Part shown: piece by piece, positions 1-8,189 of the stretch
How the letters are laid out: each line of letters begins with the position of its first letter
Numbering within the stretch: the first letter of the stretch is position 1
DNA from: Selaginella moellendorffii
Lineage: Eukaryota > Plantae > Lycopodiophyta
Assembly (NCBI RefSeq): GCF_000143415.4
Contig: NW_003314471.1
Span: 1 to 9,023, forward strand
Direction: 5' to 3'
Length of the DNA: 9,023 nt
The notes under the pieces: model-generated
What the model saw: the letters and a program-made list of their open reading frames with translations, nothing else
Databases searched by the model: none
Told to the model about the DNA's origin: nothing
Translations under genes and position numbers: made by a program

Positions 1-977
1 TTGATTTGGTGGAGAATTAAACTGCATGCAAGCATTTTTCTTTCACAATTTACTCTTGTCTTCACAGTTTATTTTTAGAGGTTTAAACTTGAGATTTTAG
101 CATGGATTTGGAGAATTGCATGAGTGGGCATTTAGATCTGGTCATGAGGATTCCAAAAAGTGCTTTCTTGATGAGTGGAGTTTAAAAAGTGGGGAGATTT
201 TTCATTTTCTCTTGCTCCTTTTTTTCTTCTCTTTTTACAATTAAGTTCTAAAACTCTAACAATAAGATTTCCTGAGTGTTTTGTGAAATTTCTTTCTTGA
301 GTTTCTCCCTTTGCTTTTTAGCTTTCATTAAAGTCCTTTCTTGCAAGGGAATTTGCAAAGAATCATGAGTTTTGGTGCTATTTTTATTACATATTACACA
401 GTTGTGATTTTAAAGGGATTATTCTTTCTAGTTTCAACATCACTTTCATCTTTCTTAAGTGTTTTGGATAAATCCTCACCAGATCTTTTTATTAATGGCA
501 ATATAAAAAGTTTGAAACAATTTCCCACTTGTTCATTTATTTTGAGTACAAGGAGTGGTTTCAGTTGTTTTCGCTCAATTTTGGGCAATTTTAGCCAAAT
601 TTTTTTTTTATGGCTATGTAGATGGCATCAAGGGTTTTCTGATGCACTATTGCTCATGCTTTTTGGCACTCTAGAGATTGAGATATTCACGTTTTTTGTC
701 TTTGCAAACTTGTGAATGTTGGTGAGTGATAATGTTTAGGGTTCTCCTTAAATTCTCTAGCCATTTTTTTTTGTTATGAGATCTTTGCATTAGATTTAGA
801 GCATTCCAAAAGCCAAGAAGTTTTCACTCTTTAGGAGCATTTGTTACATGTAGTGACTGCATTATTTTATGCCCGTTTATAGTAGATCCATACATATTTG
901 ATGCTTGCATATTATTAGCAATATTCCTTAGGTTTAACAGTCATTATCCGCATATCTATTATAAGCTATATTATCAA
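1..977 (+). other. AT/T-rich non-coding region, probably the 5' leader of the old gypsy element whose gag follows
   Basis: Many T-runs, no credible ORF, directly upstream of the ATG at 978 that opens the gag remnant. No LTR end or PBS could be fixed. Confidence 0.35.
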
Positions 978-1814
978 ATGGCTCTCTCAACTGAGGAGGA
1001 TTCAGAGTCTTTGGCAAATAACAAGTTTGAGCATCCATTATTATAGTAGTTCCTCCTGTAATCCATATTGTGCAACATGGGATGGACTTGCCTTACTTAT
1101 TAGGCAATGGGGACATCTTGGCCAAGATACACATTCTTCAGTTTGAGCAATATTATGCATCAAATGACATTGGTGATGATGATCATAAGCTTCGAGACCT
1201 CTCTCAATCGCTTACTAACTGAGCAACAGCATGGGCAGAGACTCTTTTTGGAGGCAGATATGGTGGACTACACCACATTCAAGACCTTATTCAAATCACA
1301 TTTTGATTAGCAGTGGCCGGCAAATTGTTTATTTATGGACTTGTTTGCCTTTCAACAAAGAGCTAGTGAGTCAGTGCTAAAGTATATGATGCATTTTAGT
1401 GCCTATAGAAAGAGTGTGTGGAGCAGCAGGTGATCACCAATGAGCCTCATAGTATCACGGCATTCATCTCTAGACTCAAGAGGAATTTCTAACACAAGAT
1501 GCTCAAGAGGTAATTTTGGATATGTCATGAGACTTTTGCAACTGCTGAGACTTTAGAGTGTGATCTTCTCTAGGAGCTTAGTATCTCCAAGGTTGAGGGA
1601 GCTTCATATGCAGCTATCTCTCATATAACTACTGCTCCTGCTCTTGCTGATGACAAATTTCCTACAGTGATTAAGAAGGCTTTGATAGAGCTTGTAGGGT
1701 ACAAGGAGATCATCTAATAACAATAGCAAATGCAAGAGAAAATCTTTCAAGAGCTCCATACTTACCACTTACAGTAGGCTGAGAAGCCACAATGTGCTCC
1801 ACACTCTTGGTATT
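978..1814 (+). pseudogene. gag: Degenerate Ty3/gypsy Gag (retrotransposon gag domain) of an older element, truncated by element A
   Basis: Frame +2 from 1082: MDLPYLLGNGDILAKIHILQFEQYYASNDIGDDDHKLRDLSQSLTN*ATAWAETL. Shift to +3: YTTFKTLFKSHFD*QWPANCLFMDLFAFQQRASESVLKYMMHF (F-x-Q-x3-ES-V-x2-Y-x3-F motif at 1350-1397). Back to +2 at 1412: ECVEQQVITNEPHSITAFISRL (cf. FxxGL) ... PHSWY ending at the LTR junction. Several frameshifts and stops. Confidence 0.85.
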
Positions 1815-2052
1815 TGTGAGACACAAAATCCATAGGCCCCAAAGTGGAGCTGAAAGGGTGCCACGTGGTAGTGGCCAAAGTGAAAGCTAAACGATCGTAA
1901 CACGTTTGGACTAAAAGCTTCGACTTGAAAAGGTCAAGAGTGGGAGTGGAACTCCCAACGAAGTGCTTGAGGAACAAGCACGAGGCGAGCCATGAGTGAG
2001 TCTCTAGAAAAGGAGACACAAAAGGACCAAAACATGATACGTGGAAGAGTCT

Positions 2053-2204
2053 GAGATGGACCCGAGATGGGATCCGAGATGGACCCGAGATGGAGTCCAA
2101 GATGGAGTCCGAGATGGAGTACGAGATGGAGTCCAAGATGGAGTACGAGATGGACCCGAGATGGAGTCCGAGATGGACCCGAGATGGAGTTCGAGATGGA
2201 GTCC
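2053..2204 (+). repeat. LTR minisatellite, 13 units of GAGATGGAGTCC (12 bp) / GAGATGGACCC (11 bp)
   Basis: Units counted directly from 2053 to 2204. Confidence 0.95.
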
Positions 2205-2306
2205 GAGACCGGGACCGAGATCGAGATCAGGACCGAGGCCGAGACCGAGACCGAGGCCGAGTCTGAGTCCGAGTCTGAGTCCGAGTCCGAGTCCAAGTTC
2301 AAGTCT
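2205..2306 (+). repeat. LTR hexamer array, 17 units (GAGACC/GAGGCC grading into GAGTCC/AAGTTC)
   Basis: Uninterrupted 6-bp phase from 2205 to 2306. Confidence 0.95.
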
Positions 2307-3308
2307 AAGAGGGTGAAAGCCCAAAGTGTTCGTCTCCCAGACCCTAGGGGATTTGGTGAGCTCCAAAAGTATAATAACGGGGAGGACTGCAGTGGAGCCA
2401 GTTGGGCTAGGAAAGGCCAATTTGGCCCAAAAAGGCTGTACCCAGTGTTGGGTGATGAGCTGCCCACTGGGAAGTCCAAGACTAGAGTGAACACGGACCA
2501 AAAAGTGGGGTAGCTTGGTGAAGTGTTCAAGAGCCAGCTCTAGTTCCCCCGGGAGGTCGACTGGCCGATGCTCCCAGTCCAAGTGTGGGTGGCACTACCT
2601 ACTTGGATACCTGGCATGGCTCAACAGAACCTAACTCTAAGCCCATGGCTAGAGCACTTAAAGGCGAAAGGAGGGGAGAGTACCCATGAGGCTTGCGTAA
2701 GGCCACGGTGTTCCGAAATGTTGTCCCAAAGTCCCAAATGGTGAAAGGGAAGAGGAGCAGTCCTCTAGTGCAGTGACCAAGGATACGGTCACATGGTGAA
2801 GAAGTCCCAAAGGATAGTGGGACTTAGAGGTTGAGCCTGCGGGCCTTGATCTAGTGGTAGTGTTGGCGAACACGGCCATGGACAGAAAGGGACTTGGTGG
2901 GGACTGGAAAAGAGTTGTCAGGGAAGGCTATTCCCCATGTCTGCGGGCATCCTAAGGATGTTAAGGAGTAAATCTGGGATGATCACTCACGGACGGATGG
3001 CCCAGTCTTTGAGAGACGGGACTATGATGCAGGTGGCGTTAAACCACCAGTGTGACCAAGGTGAATGGGCATGGCCTTAGCGTAATGGGCCGATATGTTA
3101 GTGGTGCCTTGGGGTGTCAGTCATGGGATCAGACACGTGGAGCACTTGGACCAAGTGCAAAGGTTGAGTGGCATGGATGCCATTTTCGGGGCTAGCAAGC
3201 CCCAAGTCCTAACTGGGACTTACGGAGGTTGTGAATGAGACTCCTCCAAGTGGTCAGAGGTGCGGTTAAGTGACTAAAGTAAAATGGAAAAATTAGTCGC
3301 TTACAACT

Positions 3309-3320
3309 TGGTATCGGAGC
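3309..3320 (+). promoter_or_regulatory. Primer-binding site for initiator tRNA-Met
   Basis: TGGTATCGGAGC, 11/12 match to the plant iMet PBS TGGTATCAGAGC, 3 nt after the LTR-terminal CA. Confidence 0.93.
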
Positions 3321-3499
3321 TGTTCCTTAGTCTGACTCTTATTGGTGGCCAAGTATATCAACACTTGTATTGAAATTGGAAAGTCCTAGGTATGGACCTA
3401 TCGTCGAGGAGTAGCATGTCGAGAGGACAAGGCTCTCCACTCGAGTTCATACGTGAACTTGTGCATGATGTGGTGGATGGATAAGGGCCAATAAAGGAA

Positions 3500-5260
3500 C
3501 GACTTTGGGATCTTAGGAATAATATGAGGTCAAATACGGAAGAGGATACAAGTCCTTGAAATGGTAGCCGGGGCTACCTCTAATAAATGCTGGAACAACC
3601 CAAGGAGTTGGGGGTGTACTTAGAGGATGAGTTGGTATTCTCATCACATGGACAAGTGGTCATAAGGGGCAAAGGTTGCCCCTAGAGAATAAATCAAGTG
3701 TCGGAGTAACACTTGCAAAGATGGTTCTTGTGAGTAGGACATGAATACAAGGAGTTGTATTCCAGTGAGCTAACACCTCAAAAGTAAGACCTCATGGGTC
3801 GTCAGATTAGCAAAGTCCAAAAAGTTGAATGACTCCAATAGAGTCAAGGAATAATCCTAAGGGATTGATGAAAGCATTTGGACTGAGGTGTGTGGTGCCC
3901 CACAAAGGATGGGGAGGATCTTGAGATCCAAGCATGAGAATAATGTGTATCTTATTGATGGTAAAAGGTGCCATGTTAAAGTCGTGGGAAAGAGTTTCCC
4001 GGAAGAAAACAACTTTGACACAAAGTTGTGCATAAACTCTATGGTGCAGTGCTAATGGATAATTAGCATAAGAGATAACCATATTAGTCTTGGCAAAAAG
4101 ACCTAGACACAAGTAAAAAGTGTCATAAAGGTAGGCTCGTGGAGCCGATGGTGTGGAGACACCGAAGGTGCTAAGGCATGTTGCTTTGAGGTCAAGTTGG
4201 CAAGTTCATGAGAACCCCGTCCAAAGGAATCCCAATGGAAATGGGAATGGCATAGCCTAAGCTAGAAGGCATGTGGTTATAGTGTGGTGACCTAGATAAT
4301 GATGAAGGTGTGGAAGCACTAGCAATGAGTTGTAGGACTTGACAACTATGAGGCAACTAAGCAAAAGGTGCAAAATAATTCGTTAAACTGGTAAAAGGCA
4401 ACTATCTAAGACTTCTTATTGGGATAAGGAAGTTAGATATACCCTTATGGGGGATAAATTGCTTATGTTGCGATATAGTAAGTCAATGACGAAAAGGGAA
4501 TGCTCATTGTTAGAAAGGCTATCATTTGGGACACCCAAACACTCTAGAACACCAGAAGGTGGTGTTTGGTGTCATGAGGGCAATGGATAAGGCCCAAGGG
4601 ACAAAGTCCCTAGTGAATGATGGATAGGAAGTGCTATCCAAATGTCCAAGGTTGCGGAAACAAGAAAAGTCCATTTAGCCAAATTGGACAAAGCCAAAAA
4701 ATGGATTTTGGCAAGGCTAGTGATAGGCATATAAAGGCCCATAAGTAGCAATAGTAATCTAGTGTGTGGGATTACAAGGTGAGCAAACCTAGATTGAGGA
4801 ACCACTCCCTAGGTTGTCGGGTAGGTGCATCCTTATGAATACTTGCCAAGGCATGGTGGAAAGTGCAAAGCTATCTTCCTAGTCTTGAGGAGAATAACAG
4901 AAGGAAATGTATGAGGCCAAAAGGCAAGTAGTAAAGGGATAGAACCAAACCATAGGAATTAACAGGCATGACCAAGGGTGGTTATGGAAGTTGGGAGTGG
5001 TGAATCAAGTGGGTGCTCAAGCATGTTGTTACTAGCGACCAGGATGCCATGGAGAGTCTCAAGCATGGGATTGTCCATGTTAGACTATATAGTAATTGGA
5101 AAGCTTGCGAATGGAAAGACTTTAGCAAGCTAAGAAACAGAGTTCTTTGAACGTTCCCCTAGGTAGATAAGTACCTAGTCAGCCAAGTGTAAATGGTTCA
5201 TAAAACGCGCGAAATCAGAGTGGCGCAGCAGAAGCGTGGTCTTGAAGTTTGCCATAAGAC
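3500..5260 (+). pseudogene. pol: Heavily decayed pol remnant: C-terminal part of RT, RNase H, integrase
   Basis: Collinear remnants in shifting frames: DLR 3509; KYG 3532; VYLEDELVFS 3614-3643 (cf. VYLDDIVVYS); HLQRWF 3710; KELY 3749; LMGRQISK 3791 (cf. FLGHxI); DSNRVK 3831; HVA/FEVKL 4177-4199 (cf. HPIAFESRKL); RH 4267; DN 4295; K.GK.N 4385-4402 (cf. KPGKAN); GHP 4529; CLV...DK 4563-4591 (cf. CLVCQQDK); VPSE*W 4606; PR 4788; HP-Y-EYLPRH 4828-4854 (cf. HPQTDGQ...EYLRH); NKSPFE-like 5136-5151; KR 5232. Confidence 0.7.
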
Positions 5261-5279
5261 GAAGCTATCGAGGTTGGGG

Positions 5280-5970
5280 AAGTGGTTCCCGAGTGTTCAA
5301 AGAGAGGGCTTTGAATGAAAGTCAATGGTTAAGGACTTTCACGCTTATGCATGAACCATGTTACAGTGGCCGAATGACTTGCTAAGTGAGATTGGCAAGT
5401 CGGGGGAATGAATGCCCTAGTTGAAGGAGCCAACTTCAAAGGGGTGGCCCATGGGGCCGAGTATGGAGGAGTCCATGCATGATCACAGACATGTCAAGTG
5501 AGAGGACTTGGCAGTGTGAAGGAACTAGGTTCCTAAGCTGTGATCTGTAGCACGCTTTAAGTACATATTGGTGCACCGGTGTGGGGAGTCACGCCAGGCA
5601 TCCTGTGCGATGCCATCCGTAGATGCATATATGGAGGTTTGGTTCGAGTCCCGACCCTCTAGTGCTTAAGTTCGAGTCCCAAATCACTAGGGCGTGGTGA
5701 TGGTTTGGAATATGAGGACACTTATTTTTTGGTGGTCATGGACTCTCAGTGAGGGGACTGGTTTGGGCACACTGCCAAGCGAGGGATGCCTCGGAGTCGT
5801 GATGCACGGTTAGATTACTTAATGTGGCTTGGCATATCTAACTTGAACACTTTGGTGCAAGTGGCACTAAGGACGTGGTGAATAAGATGGGGACACCTAA
5901 TCTCAGTTGCTATGGACCCTTGGCCGTAAGGGCTGGCTTGGGTGCACCACCAAGTGTGGGGGATGCCCCT
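5280..5970 (+). pseudogene. gag: Heavily decayed chromovirus-type gag remnant located downstream of the integrase remnant
   Basis: Collinear remnants: VPE 5285; WR 5464; TW 5506; KEL 5519; HIG 5564 (cf. LKHTG); SVDAYME 5616 (cf. SVREYVKEF); ED 5714; GL 5740; WA 5764; KRG 5777; ARLDY 5804; H...CP 5948-5969 (zinc-knuckle tail). Confidence 0.62.
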
Positions 5971-6069
5971 GGGGTTATGGTCAACAACTTGAAGGTGTAG
6001 AAGACCAAGTATCTCTTGACAACTCTATTAAGGTGCCAAGGTGATATCACTAGGTGATCTTGTGGCTAA

Positions 6070-6308
6070 ATAAGGACAAAGTCCTTGGTTGACTAAGGAA
6101 TGAAGTTCCTAATTCAAAGTGTTGATTTGAACTGTTTAAGATGGTGTGGCTTGGTCAAGATGACCAAGTGGAAAGAGCACCTAAGGGAAATGAGCTATGT
6201 CAATGCGATGGCATAATAAGTCTGAGGAAAGTAGTCTCTAAAGAGATCCATGGGAGTGTCTCGAAGTTGGGCCATGATAGAGCCCACAACAGAAAATGCT
6301 AAGGAGAC
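6070..6308 (+). pseudogene. Decayed aspartic protease remnant, cut by copy B
   Basis: KSLVD*G 6079-6099 (cf. ALVDSG/DTG), VN 6199, EVGP* 6263-6277. The copy-B homologue reads KVGPW (8874->8860) and continues DLLGVNTLVLAK (8829->8794; cf. DVILGMDFL). Confidence 0.68.
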
Positions 6309-7235
6309 TGTAAGCGACTAATTTTTCCATTCTACTTTAGTCATTTAACCACACCTCCGACCACTTGGAGGAATCTCATTCACAACCTCCATAAGTCCAA
6401 TTTAGGACTTGGGACTTGCTAGCCCCGAGAAGGGCATCCATGCCACTCCACATTTGCACTTGGTCCAAGTGCTCCACGTGTCCGATCCCATGATCAACAC
6501 ACAAAAGTACCACCGACATGGCAGCTTGTTATGCTAAGGCCATGCCCAATCACCTTTGCCACACTGGTAGTCCAATACCACTTGCATCACAGTCTTGGCT
6601 CTCCAAGACTAGGCAAACCATCCGTGAGTGGTCATCTCAAATCCACTCCTTAGTATCCTCATGATGCCCACCGACAAGGGGAATAGCCTTCCCCAATATC
6701 CCTCTGTCAGTCTCCACTAAGTCCCTTTCTACCCCTGGCCGTGTTTGCCAACACTGCCACTGGATCGAGGCCCACAGGCCCGACCACTAAGTCCCACGGT
6801 CCTCTGGGACTTCCTCACCACATGACTGTGTCCTTGGTCACTACCTCAGAGGACTGCTCCTCTTCCTTTCCACAGTCTGGGCCTTTGGGACAACATTTCG
6901 GAACACCGTGGCCTTACGCAAGCCACCTGGGTACTCTCCCCGCCTTCCGCCCTTGGGTGCTCTAGCCATGGGCTTAGAGCGAGGTTCCATTGAGCCACGC
7001 CTGGTATCCAAGTAGGTAGTGCCACCCACACTTGGATTGGGAGCATCGGCCAGTCGATCTCCCGGGGGAACTAGAGCCGGCTCTTGAACACTTCACCAAG
7101 CTACCCCGCTTGTCAGTCCGTGTTCACTCTAGTCTTGGACTTCCCAGTGGTCAGCTCATCACCCAACACTGGGTCTAGCCTTCCTGGGCCAAACTGGCCT
7201 TTCCTGGCCAAACTGGCTCCACTATACTTTTGGAA

Positions 7236-7264
7236 CCCCCCGCAGCCCCCCCCCCCCCCCCCCC
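7236..7264 (-). repeat. G-rich tract on the element sense strand (G19-CTGC-G6)
   Basis: C6 at 7236-7241 and C19 at 7246-7264 on +. Confidence 0.85.
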
Positions 7265-7313
7265 TGGGGGACGATCGCTTTGGGCTTTCACCCAACTGCC
7301 TGTATTAGTATTC

Positions 7314-7421
7314 GGACTCGGACTCGGGCTCGAACTCGGACTCGGACTCGGTCTCGGTCCCGGTTTTGGACTCGGACTCAGTCTCGGTCTCGGTCTCGGC
7401 CTCGGTCTCGGTCCCGGTTTC
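7314..7421 (-). repeat. LTR hexamer array, 18 units
   Basis: GGACTC/GGTCTC/GGCCTC-type units on + in 6-bp phase. Confidence 0.95.
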
Positions 7422-7664
7422 GGTTCCATTTCAGACTCCATCTCGGACTCCATCTCGGACTCCATCTCGGGTCCATCTCGGACTCCATCTCGGGTCCATC
7501 TCGGACTCCATCTCGGGTCCATCTCGGACTCCATCTCGAGTCCATCTCGGACTCCATCTCGGGTCCATCTCGGACTCCATCTAGGACTCCATCTCGGACT
7601 CCATCTCGGGTCCATCTCGGACTCCATCTCGGGTCCATCTCAGACTCCATCTTGGGTCCATCTC
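7422..7664 (-). repeat. LTR minisatellite, 21 units of 11/12 bp, mostly alternating (23-bp higher-order unit)
   Basis: GGACTCCATCTC and GGGTCCATCTC on +, counted directly. Confidence 0.95.
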
Positions 7665-7901
7665 GGACTCCTCCACGTGTCATGTGTTGGTCCTTTTTGG
7701 GTCCCTTTTTGGAGCCTTGCCTATGGCTCGCTTCGTGCTCATTCCTTGAGCACTTCGTTGGGAGTTCCACTCCCGCTCTTGACTTTTCAAGTCGGCGCTT
7801 TTGGTCCAAACGTGTTACGCTCGTTTGGCTCTCGCTTCGGCCACTACCACGTGGCACCCTTCCGGCTCCACTTTGGGGCCTAGGGATTTTGTGTCTCACA
7901 A

Positions 7902-7912
7902 CTCCACCACCC
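7902..7912 (-). promoter_or_regulatory. Polypurine tract of copy B
   Basis: Minus strand reads GAGGACATCGAACTTCGTCTAT-GGGTGGTGGAG-T-TGTGAGAC: purine-rich run 1 nt before the LTR TG. Confidence 0.8.
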
Positions 7913-8004
7913 ATAGACGAAGTTCGATGTCCTCATCGAACGGTGAACCATTTTATAAAGTAACACCCGCATGTGTTACCATTTCCATCCTTGGCGCGTA
8001 GCCA

Positions 8005-8139
8005 ATATTTGTCAATGGTTTTTCATTGAAGGCTCACCATGCCTTCTCCATATTCGTCAATGGTTGGACATTGAAGGCTCACCATGCCTTTTGCATATTC
8101 CTCAATGGTGTTACACCAAAGGCTCACTATGCCTTGCCT
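8005..8139. repeat. 45-bp tandem repeat, 3 copies
   Basis: ATATT..TCAATGGT....CA...AAGGCTCAC.ATGCCTT starting at 8005, 8050 and 8095. Confidence 0.9.
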
Positions 8140-8189
8140 ATCCTCTAAGGAGGGTAGTCTCTCCAACTTAGAGACTGATTGGACCACAT

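Larger units (their letters stand above)
1815..3305 (+). repeat. 5' LTR of copy A (1491 bp)
   Basis: Starts TGTGAGACAC, ends GTCGCTTACA (imperfect terminal inverted repeat TGTGAG/CTTACA). Homology to 7900->6309 starts and stops exactly at these termini. Identity roughly 80-90% by eye. Confidence 0.95.
1815..6308 (+). mobile_element. LTR retrotransposon copy A (Ty3/gypsy chromovirus-derived, non-autonomous): 5' LTR plus internal region, interrupted at 6308 by copy B
   Basis: TG...CA LTR followed 3 nt later by an iMet PBS. Internal region has decayed gag/pol motifs. 6118-6308 aligns to the reverse complement of 9023-8827, so A is cut mid-internal region. Confidence 0.9.
6309..7900 (-). repeat. 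3' LTR of copy B (1592 bp)
   Basis: Reverse-complement homologue of 1815-3305 with identical termini. Preceded by a PPT and not followed by a PBS. Length difference is mostly minisatellite copy number. Confidence 0.95.

Noticed and set aside
7-15. TGGTGGAGA as a tRNA-Ala PBS for the old element
   Set aside because: Only 9 nt, no visible LTR-terminal CA before it, and similar sequence recurs near 104-122.
341-715. 124-aa hydrophobic ORF (possible membrane or env-like protein)
   Set aside because: TTG start, Phe/Leu/Ser content explained by T-rich DNA, no recognisable motif.
2053-2306. CRISPR-like or iteron-like array
   Set aside because: Contiguous tandem units with no unique spacers, no cas or rep genes, eukaryotic LTR context.
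1934-2582. Overlapping 91-198 aa ORFs on both strands (ESESES, LGLHLG, RWSP repeats)
   Set aside because: Translations of the stop-poor LTR minisatellite, open in several frames at once; not genes.
2658-2879. Antisense 73-74 aa ORF open in both LTRs (also 6741-6965)
   Set aside because: Similarity follows from LTR homology. Short, different start codons, no motif; would need dN/dS across copies to revive.
5641-5680. GGTTCGAGTCCC (tRNA T-arm / Pol III B-box-like), partly duplicated at 5670-5680
   Set aside because: No A-box, cloverleaf or SINE tail. It lies within the gag motif chain and looks like a local duplication.
1815-7900. Single long-TIR DNA transposon (Mutator/foldback) or inverted-terminal-repeat retroelement
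   Set aside because: No target-site duplication across 1814/7901. One repeat is followed by a PBS and the other is preceded externally by a PPT and same-family internal sequence, so they are LTRs of two elements.
7175-7963. 150-227 aa low-complexity ORFs
   Set aside because: Same minisatellite artefact in the second LTR.
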